Assembly (NCBI GenBank): GCA_951406725.2
Contig: OX597823.1
Span: 78,926,001-78,990,000 of the forward strand
Direction of reading: 5' to 3'
Length of the DNA: 64,000 bases
Source of the DNA: Octopus vulgaris
Lineage: Eukaryota
Within the stretch, counting starts at the first letter, position 1, and each line of letters opens with the position of its first letter. Of the stretch, positions 14,468-28,050 are shown piece by piece. The position numbers and the translations under genes are program-made. The notes beneath the pieces are model-generated. The model searched no databases and had not been told where the DNA came from. It saw only the letters and a program-made list of their open reading frames with translations.

Positions 14468-14605
<138 letters not shown>

Positions 14606-14849
14606 AGGTCTGTCTATATATCTTTTCCATTGCTCCTATTGTGTGTTTCTCCCTCTAAGCCGGATATGTTGAACCCTGAGAAGAATTTTCATAGATTACT
14701 CATGTCTTTTGCATCAGAGATAACGGAGAGTTGAGCGAGGAGCTGGCTCCCTATTTTCAAAGAAGCAAAAGAATCTGTTAACTAATCGAAATCCTTTAAA
14801 GACAAGCTGACAGACATCACAGCACCAAACAACAGTAATAATAATACTT

Positions 14850-15298
14850 TCAAATTTTGGCACATGTCCTGCAATTTCAGAGGAGCCATAAGTCGATAAC
14901 ATCGACTTCAGTTCTTTACGGATAATTGTTTTATCGATCCCGAATTGGGAATAAAACGAAAAGTCAAACTCAGCGGAAGCGGAATTTGAACACTGGACGT
15001 AAAGACGGACGAAATACTGCTATGCAAGTTGATAGGCAGGCTAACAATTCTGCTAGCTCACCGTCTCAATAGTTATAATAAACATTTCTACAATAGACAC
15101 AAAGCCTGAAATTTGTGGGAGGGGGTTTAGTCGATTTCACTGACCCCAGTGTTTCATTGGTGATTAATTTATTAACCCCGAAAGGATGAGAGGCAAAGTC
15201 GATCTCGGCGAAATTTTAACTCAGACCGTAGCGACGGGTGAAATACCGCTAAGCATTTCGCCCGGCGTGCTAACGATTCTGCCAGCTTGCTGCCTTAA
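14850..15298 (-). mobile_element. Two adjacent SINE family B copies (first one degenerate)
   Basis: Both contain the ccccgaaaggatgaaaggcaaagtcgacctcggcggaatttgaactcagaac-type core and the ...ctgccagctcgccgcctt head (reverse complement). Confidence 0.85.
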
Positions 15299-15524
15299 TA
15301 ATAATGACAATAATAATAACAACAACAACAACTAAAACAACAAAAATAGTAATAATAATAATAATAACATCAATAATAACAATAATAACAACAACAACAA
15401 TTACAATAACAACAACAATAACAACAACAACAATAATAATAATAATAACAATAACAACAACAACAACAATAATAACAATAATAACAACAACAGTAATAAT
15501 AATAACAGCAACAACAACAACAAC

Positions 15525-15555
<31 letters not shown>
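15298..15555. repeat. (AAT)n/(AAC)n microsatellite
   Basis: Visible tandem repeat. Confidence 0.95.
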
Positions 15556-15675
15556 GAGCATCACAAAAAATCACAGCACATACCTAAGGCACACAGAGCT
15601 GCGCTCGGTAGTGAAGTGAAAGCACGCTATAAAAATAAAACTACTGAATAGTAATAATTATAATAATAATAATAA

Positions 15676-16232
15676 ATGCCCTGATGCAGTACCAGACAGT
15701 GGTTCTCATGGTTTCTCAAATTAACTGATTGGAAGTGTTATCATGTACATTGCTTTGTATTGGTATAAAAGATGGGCTACAGCAAATATTCTGCTCAATA
15801 CAACAGTTTTGCTTGTCAGTTGTTTGACCTTAACCCGTTGACCATATCCTTTAGTGGCTGACGATATGCGCATCTCTGATCATAAGCAGAAGTAGTGAGG
15901 GAGCATCATAGCCATGTTTTGAAAGGGATGCTTTTGGGTGTGAATAATTCACCTCTGGAAACATGGGTGGTTCGTTCAACATGCTTAAACAACCCTTATT
16001 CAGGGACTTTTGAGCAGGATGGGTTACTCGACCAGAAGAAATTTCTAACTGGGCGCCACCTGCAAGGTCATGTACTGTTTATCTTAATATGAGATCACCA
16101 TCTCGCGCACACATGGTTGTGATGCATGTGCTTTGTGTACCCTTATCAGACGGGTAGTCATGATGGATATACTGGGCTTCGTATATTTTACCCCAATGTT
16201 ACTTTGATGGCATGCACTGCTCTCTCACTCAA
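15676..16232. mobile_element. ~560-bp apparently non-coding insert within (AAT)n, probably a site-specific retroelement fragment or non-autonomous element
   Basis: Sharp boundaries with (AAT)n on both sides; no recognisable ORF; neighbours Dong-type fragments. Confidence 0.5.
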
Positions 16233-16380
<148 letters not shown>

Positions 16381-16386
16381 AAGAAG

Positions 16387-16663
16387 GGAACCGAAAATTA
16401 TATGAGAATGATCCCTGGCTTACCATCCCTGCAAGAAGTGCAAAAGATTGTCTTAACTGGTACTTCACACGTATTGAGAAGAGCATTGTCGATGTGAGAA
16501 CTGTTGCTGCTCATGTATATTAATTTAACTTAAAAAAAAAAAAATGAACGAACTATTGAGTTTGGTTTAATGGCCTACCAATGTATACTATGAGGTTCTT
16601 TGCCCTAGGAGTCGGGAAGACACTCGGCAAGAAATGGAAGCAAATTTGAAAGAAGAAAAAAAA

Positions 16664-16664
<1 letters not shown>
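16387..16664 (+). mobile_element. R4/Dong-clade retrotransposon 3' end
   Basis: Encodes GTENYMRMIPGLPSLQEVQKIVLTGTSHVLRRALSM*, the QK..L.GT..ILR C-terminal motif of R4/Dong ORFs; short 3' UTR then (TAA)n. Confidence 0.8.
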
Positions 16665-16712
<48 letters not shown>

Positions 16713-16726
16713 TAATAATAATAATG

Positions 16727-16802
<76 letters not shown>

Positions 16803-18027
16803 TGATAATTTCTTTGCTACAAGGTCACGAAGAGATGCTTTCTTCTACAGAGCACAAGTCCTGTATTGTTTCATATTATGTGGATTACTTAGGACATGCA
16901 TGTCCATGGTAACCCCTAATCAGTCAATATATCGCCTACAGTTATATCTGCACTCACCATGGGGCATAGTGTGTAGCAAAGGTATACTAATAGCCAGGAT
17001 AAAGTTACTAACGACACTCTGTGTTTCACCATCTCAAATACAACGAAATCAATTTGCGCATGAGTCCTGCTATCTCGTTTTAAAGCTGACACAACGAGTG
17101 CCACATTGTTTCTCACAAAAAAGGAGATTATACTTAAAGCGTTTGACTGGTGCGTCTTCGACTCTTGCTCAGATGGAGGAAGAAAAACTTACCGTGGCCT
17201 TGATAAAGCACAGGTAGGTTACCTCCCTTCTATCTCACACTTTTGTGAAGCCAAGATTTAGATTTTTTTTTTTATCAAAATGTTTTATATTTAGAAATTT
17301 TTGAGAAGATTGCACTTTGTTATAGAATCGCCTCATTTGACGAAGAACCCCACGTGTTATTGTTGTAATATTGATGTGAAACAACATTCGTTACGCTACG
17401 ATTTTCGTACATGTTATTGATATTTGTTTTATTTTCCGTCATTTTTGTCTCTATATACTGTTTCTATTTATTATTTGCTTGGTAGTTCTGCTTTGTGCAA
17501 TGTAATTTCTCTAAGGAGTATATCCTGGAAAAACTGGAAGATTTTACTATAGAGAAACAAATTAAAATAAATTAGAAATATTTAAAAAAACAACCGTGTT
17601 GTTTTATCCCAGTAATGATAATTCCAAAATGTTCGATTATAGTTCCGGCTCGAAATAATATTGTAAAATATTAGTTATTTAAAAAAATTTTTATAAAATA
17701 GGGAATTCTCAGCGCAATATTTTATTATATAAGCATATATTTCTAAATGCATGAGTGATAAATGAATTTCTATTACTGGATCTATAACAAATATTGCAAG
17801 GAAATTCGTACGTGAAGCACGGTTAGTTTGTCAATTGTTTTGTTTTTACTTATCCTCTAGGAGCTATATACCGATATATATGGGGGAAGTTTATACACCC
17901 ACGCACACACCCACACACAAAAACACACACACATATATGTATATACGAATGAGTAGACAAACGAATGAAAGAGGCATATGTAATAGGAGATTCACGAGGC
18001 CGAATGTTTTTAATAATAAGAGTTTTT

Positions 18028-18105
18028 AATAATAATAATAATAATAATAATGATGATGAAGGTGATGATAATAATAATAATTTTAATAATAATAATAATA
18101 ATAAT

Positions 18106-18195
<90 letters not shown>

Positions 18196-18221
18196 AATAA
18201 TAATAATAATAAATAATAGTA

Positions 18222-18294
<73 letters not shown>

Positions 18295-18322
18295 TAATAA
18301 TAATAATGATACCAACAACAAC
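18028..18322. repeat. (AAT)n/(GAT)n microsatellite
   Basis: Visible tandem repeat. Confidence 0.95.
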
Positions 18323-19011
18323 ATATGGTTATGCGCGTGTGTTAGAGGCCTTTAAGTTTGTGTGTCTTTGAAGTGATCGCTTTCAAGCACGCCTTCTCTT
18401 CAATACTTTAGTTTGGCGTCCTTCCATGATGCGTATGCCTTAATCACCCTTATCTAATTTAGGTTAGATTTAGGCATGAACAATCACCTATGGAAGTATT
18501 CTGTTCTAAAGTCTTCTAGTTTTTATTGTTCCTTTTATTTTATCTGACATCTGTTAAGCTTAATTACTTATAACCTTCTCTATTAACCAATTATGCGATT
18601 TTCTTATCTATTAATTATATCCCATTACTTCCAATTTACCTTAATATAACTGGCCGCTTTTTTTTTTCTGCACAACGTAGGTTCGAAATTTTATATTTAT
18701 ATGGTATTTTGTTTATTAAGGATTTAATGAAGTGAAGATGGAGCAAAGACGTGTGTTTTGCCTGCGATATTTGTTCTAGTTCGCTGAGTTCAAAACTTGC
18801 TGAGGTCATTTTTGCATTTTAATCCTTACGAGATTGATCGACAAAGTACCAGTCATGGGTGATACATTGGCGAGATCGACAAAAGTAAGAACGAGATGCC
18901 TTGCGATATGTAGTCTGCCGTTTTGCGTCCTAACAGCAACGGTGCTGCGACATTGGTGCCAAGCTGTAGCGCCCTCTGCCTTTTATTTTTCGGATAACCT
19001 CATTGGGGTGG

Positions 19012-19260
19012 TAGAGACGAGTAGCTTAGTGGTTAGGGTGTTGAACTCATGATCGTAAGATGGTGGTTTCGATTCCTAAACCGAAGGACGCGTTGTGCTC
19101 TTGAACAAAACACTTCATTTCACGTTGCTCAGTCCACTCAGCTACAAAAATGTGTAATCCTGCGACGGCCCGCCGTTCTGTCCACATAGGGAATTAACAC
19201 GCCATGGAAACCGGAAAACCGGTCCTATGAGTCTTTATGACTCGGAAAAGAACTTTGCTT
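19012..19260 (+). mobile_element. tRNA-derived SINE, family D (diverged copy)
   Basis: tagcttagtggttagggtg...ggtttcgattcc head; aligns along its length with 39636-39895. Confidence 0.85.
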
Positions 19261-19429
19261 ACATTGACGGGCGAAGAGAGACTTTCACGTGTGAATAACT
19301 GCTAATTTTCCCTTACAAAAAACCCTTCCCTGTATTTGCTTGCGATCTATGATATGAGGCTTTACAAATAATGGGTGTGCTCTACATTTTCCAACGTCTG
19401 TCAATATGTATAATCATTGATTGTTGTGC

Positions 19430-19675
19430 TTGATGTTCTTTGATCGCACAAAGAAAATCACAAATTCATAAATCGCCAAGTTCTGTGGAAACTTACGATG
19501 AAACTCACTGGGCTAAACACAGAGAAATATCCTAGAACTCTGCCTTCTATACGACAACATAGAAGCTGGAGTGCTGTTCTAGACTTCCGTAAGGAATCAT
19601 CTGAAGTGAGATATGAAATGAGGTAGGGTTGTATAACCGCCCCTACGCTCATTTCTATTCTCATTTTATCAATGC
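19430..19675 (+). mobile_element. Degenerate RTE-type reverse transcriptase fragment
   Basis: Frameshifted translation FFDRTK..INRQVLWKL...LYDNIEA...R*GCITAPTLISI resembles F.DLTKAFDSVNR..LWK and RQGC.LAPTLFSI. Confidence 0.6.
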
Positions 19676-21166
19676 TTAAAACCACTACGAACAAATTCCT
19701 TCCTGAAGTTCAACCGTCATGCAATGAAAACAGAAAGCTATGCGATGTCGGTAAATTAAATACAGAACAAGATCCTACGGATTTATTCGTATTTTAACTT
19801 CATTACAGCAATTATGCCAGGTTGCAACTAAGAAAACAATTACTATCATTGTTATTGACGAGTTAAAGAGCGGGGGTTTAAGTTTAGCTTAACTAAAAGA
19901 AAAGTTTCGCAACAATAAGCTGTATACAAGCCACAGACATAACTGAAAGTTTTGAAGTCCGAATGAGGGTGTTCTACTTTAAATCAATAAAGAAAAACAT
20001 TAAAAAAAATAGTGAACCACATGGTAGTTTATTAAATCGAGTTCTATGTATACACATATACATATTTATATACTATTCATATATATATGTGTGTGTGTGT
20101 ACATCCATGAAAAAAAAATGTGACTATGCACATATATAATCATATATATCTTAGATCACAACGGCACAAAAAGAAGATATCGCGAGAGGGACAAGTTTTA
20201 ACAAATGTCGTGTAAGATTAATGCTACTGAAAGCGAAAGGAAAGATTCTTGATGTTTAGGACGCCATTAGTTTATAAAAAAAACAGAGTGGAAAGAAAGA
20301 AAATAAGAGGAGAAAAAGTAATTAGAAGAGAGAAAATCAGACTTGGGATATAAAAAAAAAAAAAAGAAACAAGATGAAGATGTTTAGGCTGGACATGATG
20401 ATAAACTGAATGAGTGAGAGCGACAGATAGAAGTAAAAAGAGAGTGAGACATAGATGGTTAATTGGCAAGGGGGAAGAGAAAGAGATGGGGGTAAAACAG
20501 CCGGTGTCGGTATATTATGGACTTCGACTATCAACTTCTCATCAGTGTACGTTGACTGAAATACAAATCTGACAGCAACACAGCCACGCACACGACAACA
20601 AAATACGCACTGAATCACACAAATGCCTTTCTCATTATCAGTTCCTTGTAGTGAGCTCTAGAGAGCATCAAATAGATTTAGCAGTGTGTTTAAAATGGCT
20701 GGAAATATTTATACAAAAATTCTGTATAGCTAGCTATACGTTTACCTTGAGTTTTGTATCATTCATAACTTGTAAATATTGTACGCTGTATACAATGATT
20801 CATTCATATAAAAGACAAATGGTAAAGCATTAACCGTCTCTCATCACTTACTGTAATCATTAGGCTAGTGAATACCGTTTAAGATACTTAAGTTATTTGC
20901 CAATTCAGTTAAATCGAAGAAACCAGAATTTCTATCCACATTTGATTTTCCCAACCCGTATGAAGAGCATTAGTTGTACATAGGCTTCAATGTTGAATAG
21001 AGGTATACCGTATATACTCGACGAAATCAAGGAAACCGGCCTTATGAGCCTATGGATCGAGGAGAACTGATCGTTTTCATATATATACGCATATATATAT
21101 ATAGACATATATAGACACGCGCATACACACATGGAGATATATATATACATGCACACATACACACAA

Positions 21167-21204
<38 letters not shown>

Positions 21205-21231
21205 GAGTATATATATGTATGTAAATCAATA

Positions 21232-21500
21232 TCCCTTAAAAGAGTCAGTCACTTGTTGGGGTGCCACTCTACACGTCTTTGCAGCTGGCCACTGTCACTT
21301 GTCTCTTTTCTCTGTCATCCGTAACAATTTTGCAGTGTTGTAACCTATACTGTCCTTGATGTCAAACCACGATTTTTTTCTGCCTGACGCTCGTTCGACT
21401 TTCCTCAATTGTCCTTTGACGAATGGTCTTGGAGAGGGAGTTCTGGTGGAATACATGACCGTACCAGGCAAGGTTTTATATTTGTACCTGCACAAGGAAT
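21232..21500 (-). mobile_element. RTE-clade LINE 3' end remnant
   Basis: Minus-strand pieces LAWYGHVFHQNSLSKTIRQRTIEESR..RQKKSWFDIK and AKLLRMTEKRDK...RVAPQ match the RTE C-terminal WYGHV...KTILQGT.EG.R.RGRQ.K.W motif. Confidence 0.75.
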
Positions 21501-21803
21501 GGTTCCTGCCTGCAAGCGTATTTGTGTACTTGCTGCCTGACGAAGCTGTTTGTTTCGTGTAATCGGATTTTGCGTCAGTTTTGAAAACGAATATTTAAGT
21601 TACTTGTCTATCGTGTTATTGTATTAATATGTAAATATCTGAATATATCAGGGCGGATTTCTTTACTCAGCTGGGTCTTACTATCTGCATACACAAGTCT
21701 GATATTCACTTAATATTGATGAGAATGCATGTTACTCCGACCTAACAAGGTGATTCAATTTAAGTACCTAATTCAACTGAATCTTAGTTGTATTTTATAT
21801 AAG

Positions 21804-21897
<94 letters not shown>

Positions 21898-21901
<4 letters not shown>

Positions 21902-22819
21902 ATTACTATTATTGTTTCTTGTATTTATATTCGTGTGGCATAGTCCGTTTTTCTGTCCTTGTTTCGTATACTTTCGATCCTTTTTCCAAGAAATCTAATG
22001 CTCGTAGCTTAGTTTTTTCTTGGGGCTGGCCGGATCGGAGCGATCTCAAGATTAATCAGCCGAAATTGTGAGGAGGATCGGGTTCTTGACTGAAGATTAG
22101 AGACTTCGAATGTATACATATACATACATATATATATATAAAATATAAATTAGAGATAAAACTACTATCATGCAATTCAAAAAGTGAAAGACATAAACCA
22201 AAACATAAATAAGAAATATTATATATTTCTATAAAACATAAAAATACATATTATTTGTTATTTATGCTTTGCTTTATGTCTATCACTGTTTGAGCTGCAT
22301 AATAGTGGTTTTATCTCTAAATTATATCTTATATATTTATATTGTGAATTTGATTTAATACTAAATTGAATTTTTCCCAGTAAGTTTGGAGTTATACTCC
22401 CTCTGTCCCTCTTTTCCTCTTTCTTCTCCTCACACGTGACTGACTGACCGATTGCTGGCCTTTCGTGCTTAGCAGTCGTCGCGGCAAGACACATTTTTTT
22501 CTCCCTGCCCTAAGGCATGTTTCTAACACGCCAGCTCAAAGTTTACTCGTCCTGTGGAAAGACGCCTGTCTGTGACGTCCTGTTTTTGTTATTACTATTA
22601 TCATTATTGTTTCTACGTATTTTTGTATTCTTATTCGTGTAACCTCATTCGTTTTTCCGTCCTTGTTTTGTATACATTCGAGGCTTTCTTCTAAGGAATC
22701 TAATGAGCTTGGCTTAGATTTTCCTTTGGGGCTGGCCAGATCGGAGCAATCTCAAGATTAATCAGCTGAAATTGCGAATATGATCCGGTTCTTGACTGAA
22801 GATTGAAGGCTTCGAATGT
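21898..22819 (+). mobile_element. (TA)n-embedded composite: ~215-230-bp diverged direct repeats (21898-22112, 22587-22819) enclosing an AT-rich foldback (22144-22327)
   Basis: Both repeats contain tggggctggcc.gatcggagc.atctcaagattaatcagc.gaaattg...gttcttgactgaagatt; inverted arms visible between them. Confidence 0.7.
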
Positions 22820-22885
22820 CCCGTCCGTGTTTTTTGTATCGTCTTCTAAATGTTTTGCGTTCTTGTCCCAGTTTGTATTTTTTTT

Positions 22886-22941
<56 letters not shown>

Positions 22942-24699
22942 GTTTATCCTTACACATTTTCTTCTCTCTCCATGTTTCTTCCTCTCAATCCTTTCTGTCG
23001 AAGAACGTAAGCTCGAATCCCCAAAGATATTTCCATTCTTAACGAGCGTTAGACCTGTTTGTTGTTATTTCGCCTGTCTTCGTTTTTTGTTTTCCGTAAA
23101 TTTGAGCTATGTGTGTATGTGTGTGTGTGTGTGTGCATGTATGTATATATATATATGTATGTATGTGTATATATATAAATTATATATATATATATATTTG
23201 GTACCGTACGGCACCCACAAACATTGTCAGACAGTAAAAGGGGAGAATAAGATTCCCCTTTCATCTGTAGCCTGGAGTAACACATTGGACAAGTTCTAGC
23301 AAGTGATCTAGTCGTGCGGAGTAGCCTCATCATTGACCTTGCTCGTTGTACAGTTGTAAACCAGTTAGTATTTGGAGTGAAGACCCAGAGATGCAGTGTG
23401 TCAGGGGATTCGACGCCAACTGCCTACTGACCGCCGTCCAGGACATTTGATGTCAACTCAATGTTGACCTACGACGGTAACTAGTTCTCAGCATATTTAT
23501 CCGTTATTTGAATAGGGAAATGCAATTTCAAGAAACATAAATATCTTAATGCAGTAATCCCATGACACACTACGATGCACACATATGTACAGACTGCAAT
23601 TTTATGTCTTCAAACTTGCACGCAAGTTATAACAGAGGTTTATTGAAATACAGGTCAAATGAAAGTTTCTTTCTTCATATGATTTTCTTTCTATCAACTA
23701 CTATTAGTTTAGCTACTAAATTAAACGCATACATATTTGGTGAAAATGTATACATTATTTTAGCGGGATTTCAGCGTTTAATTGCCTTATGGCTAATTGG
23801 TTAGTTTATCTGCTCTAATTCATATATTCTTTAATGAATTTACTCTGTATTTAAAAACGGAGTAGTTTGATCTTGAAATTAAAGTGATTATTGATTTTCG
23901 GAATTCACTACTTTAATTATGATTTAAGTTTAGACTAAAGTTTTGTTAATTATACATCCAGATAAAAACCACAACAATCTATATATTGTTATGATATGTG
24001 GGCAACTGGTTCCATTCTGAGAAAATGGAAGCTATCAAATGGAGATAGAATCAAGACAACCAATACAGAAACAAGTATAAACCATTTTGTACGTGTGTCT
24101 ATAATTTTGCGACGGTGACTATGATGCTATTCTGATTGTCACGATATACGCTCAAATATTATGCTTTCAATAATCTTGGAATAACGACATGAGAGAGGAA
24201 ATTTAAATCTTTGACTAAATGAGTAAATCTTATGCCTTAATGAAATTGATATTAACTGTAGAAAAGAAAGATATTGAAGATTTAATTGAAGACTCAATCG
24301 GAGATTTTAACAGAAGACAATAGATGTTATGTAATCTATAAATATGTATGTGAAAACACAAATAAGTTAAAATATATAGAATTTCCATGGATCCCGCTTA
24401 TTGCATGTTATTATAAGGTTACTTCTTGCTTGTTCTAACGTTACCCGCAAATCACATGGAAGCAGATTCAAAAGAAAATTGACTCATAAGATAATTTAGT
24501 CTCAGAGACACCGTGTCAAAATAAATAAACGAATAAATAAAGGGAAATCACCGACCCGAAAGAATTTCCTTGAAAATCTCCAATGAACTGCTACATGTAC
24601 GACAATAATCAATTTATACTTAAAAACATAATATAATACCATTATATAAGAAAGCAGAACTAATATATATACATATAGGTTCTTTGGCTGCTATTTTTA

Positions 24700-24874
24700 A
24701 GGTTCGGTATGTGGTGAAGGAAATTTTTTTTGCTGAGCCCTAATTATAATTATACTCATAATTATAAAAAATATTGTTTAAGTTTACCGAAAATGGTCCT
24801 TTTAACATGCCGAACACTACTTGGTGGAATTATTAATTACTAATTAATTAATTAATTTTACCCTTTATTATTAT

Positions 24875-24878
<4 letters not shown>
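24700..24878 (-). mobile_element. Copy of the repeat at 3635-3800, adjacent to (TA)n
   Basis: Reverse complement shares agggtaaaattaatt...caccaagt...aaaaggaccattt...gggct.ag.aaaa...ccacata. Confidence 0.65.
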
Positions 24879-24926
<48 letters not shown>

Positions 24927-26074
24927 ACATGTTTATATATGTGTCTATAAGCATGTATATATAAACATGCATACATATACACGTATGCATATGTGTCTCT
25001 GTGTAATCGTTACGTATCTAATGTGATTCTACGTGGTATTATTGTTACGCAACATAAATCTGCGTAAAAGTATTTTGTTTCAAGTTTATATTTAACATTT
25101 CATAATTTTTTAAAGAGTATACAGTGTATATGCTTGTATGTATGTATTTATGTACAAGTTGCTCCCATCGGTGCTTGCTCCAGAATCTACAAAGCTAAAA
25201 CAAAATAAGAAGCTCTTTCTCTCATATAACGCCAATCCTATGGCGATTAAGTTTATTACGTAATTATGAGAAAACAGCGTGATTAACGAAATATTTCAAG
25301 ATATTCTTAAACGTTGCAAGTCCACCGGGAAATAGAAAAAAATAGGACTTATATATACTCACTGACACAAACCACACATAACTGCCTGTATGTGTGAGTG
25401 TACTTACGTATGGTATAAGTTTATACGCACGCACACTCACACGCACGCACGCGCGTACACACACATGTACGCACGCACACGCATACGTATATATACATAT
25501 ATATGTATACAGAAAGAGAGAGAGAGGAAAGAATGATAATGCAAAAAAAGAAATGTGGTATTTTAAATATAGATACATATATATACATGTAAATATATAT
25601 ATAGTGATATATATATATAGAGAAATAAAAACTGAAAATATTCAGTAGATGAACATTCATGTATAAGCATGTAGATATTTGTATATTTACAGAACAGATT
25701 CACATAGAGTACAAAAGATAGAGACAACTAACAGGAGACGGTGTGGAATTTCAGGTCCTACAGGTGTTTCAGGGGGCTCGGACTGACATAGTATTTGCAA
25801 TTTTGAAAGGTAGAATTTGCAAAATGTCACGAATACGCAACAAATAGTGGATGCATATAAACATTACCATAACTCGAGCCTCTGTCTTTTGGATGGAGAG
25901 ATTGGTGAGTTTCTTTATGAAGTTGCATCATTATCTCCATATCAGCTTATCTGGATTTCTCATATATCCACGTATCACCAGCGGACTCAGGTCTCAAAAA
26001 AGATTTCGGAGTGTAAACGAAAAATCATTTGAGTGTTTTCTATTTTAAGTACCTCTAGATCTCATCTGTTGATT

Positions 26075-26138
26075 ACATACATACACACACACGCACACAC
26101 CACACACACACATACACACACACACACACATATATACA

Positions 26139-26192
<54 letters not shown>

Positions 26193-26358
26193 TATATTTC
26201 AATAAGTTGTTTATAATTTTAACCGTAAAGATATTTTAATATGCTGCCACATTTTTTTATGGAATTTTTTCTGTAGAAAAAAACTTCATTCTATATTAGT
26301 AGTATATATATATGAATATATATATATATATTCAAATATATATACATTCATACACATT

Positions 26359-26400
<42 letters not shown>

Positions 26401-26575
26401 AATAAATATATACCTATATATATTTATATATATATATAAATATATATACCTATATATATTTATATACATATATATATATGTATAAATATATATGCATATA
26501 TATGTATGTATATATGTGTGTGCATATACGTATGTATATATATGTATATATATATATGTATATATGTGTGCGTAT

Positions 26576-26611
<36 letters not shown>

Positions 26612-26832
26612 GCACGCAGATGTACATATAAACAACTATGCATGTCCGTTCAATATACGATATACATGCATGCATATGAGTATAAACCATATATAAATAG
26701 ATATCCGCAGATATTACAGTCTAAAATAAAGATTAAAATGAATTGTGCTTCTTATATAGAAACCAATTTCTTCCTATTTATGTATCTATCAACATGATAC
26801 ATTCCCACGTTATCTCATATTGCGCTCGCTTG

Positions 26833-26871
<39 letters not shown>

Positions 26872-27194
26872 ACCAAACTCTCCAGGCTTCTATAGATATA
26901 GTAGCTCTTCCTCTCTCTATATATATATGTATATGTATAAATATATGTATGTATATATGTGTATCTGCCTGCATGTGTGTATGTGATTGTGTGTGTGTGT
27001 GTATGTGCGTATGTGTCTGATGAGATTGTTTTGATTTGCGAACCGATGAAACTTTAAATTGTATAAAGCTGAGTACACTGATATACGTAACTCCGACCAA
27101 ATATGTTGGGTGCCAATTCTTGTATGTATGTATGTATGTATGTATGTATGTATGTATGTATGTATGTATGGATGGATGGATGTATGTGTGTATG

Positions 27195-27225
<31 letters not shown>

Positions 27226-27715
27226 ATATATATACATACATACATATATATATATATATATCTGATAACACAGATTAATACTGACATGACGTAGTATCCA
27301 ACATCATCATCCAGACCCAGTTCCTCAGTATCAATAATTATGAATACATTATTACTTTTCTTCCCTTATTCTGTAATATGCATTTTGTATTGTATGTAAT
27401 TAGACGCTTTTCAGCCCAGCTGTGTTTATCTCCCTGTTTAACACTCTCTCGTTATAAAACTATACATCTATACACGAATGAATATATATGTCTGTGTATG
27501 TGTGTATTTCTGTGAGTGTGTGTGTGCGCGTGTGTATATACATATGCATGTATTTGCATGCTTATGCATACGCATGTGTATGTACATATATATCCATGTG
27601 TTTGTATATATATATATATATATATATATATGCATGTACATAAAAAATATTATTAGGATGTTAACCCTGGAATTTATACTATTAAACTCGCTCCATTTTC
27701 CTTGGTATATATTGG

Positions 27716-27779
<64 letters not shown>

Positions 27780-28050
27780 GTCAAGTCAAAAAAATAAACA
27801 ATTCAAAATTTAAAAAATCAAATAAAAACAAAAAGGACGAATTCTTGTGCACATCCTCTTGTGACGACGTGCACAAGGATACACACCGACACACATGTAT
27901 ATATATGTGTGTGTATGTGTGTATGTGTGTATGTATGCATACATGTAGGCATGGATGCACGTATGTATGTATGTATGTATGTATGTACGTACGTACGTAT
28001 GTATGTATGTATGTATGTGTGTATGTATGTATGCGTGCATGTATATACGT
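26075..28050. repeat. Compound TA/CA/TATG microsatellite-rich region
   Basis: Visible arrays with short interruptions. Confidence 0.85.

Noticed and set aside
20505-20556. Minus-strand CUGAUGA followed by GAAG
   Set aside because: No GAAA, weak stem II and no stem I or III; not a hammerhead.
21537-21595. CUGACGA...UGAAA next to the RTE fragment
   Set aside because: Stem II is marginal and there is no convincing stem I, stem III or NUH site.
27042-27075. CCGAUGA with a short stem (aacttt/aaagct)
   Set aside because: Lacks GAAA and a cleavage site; cannot be supported.
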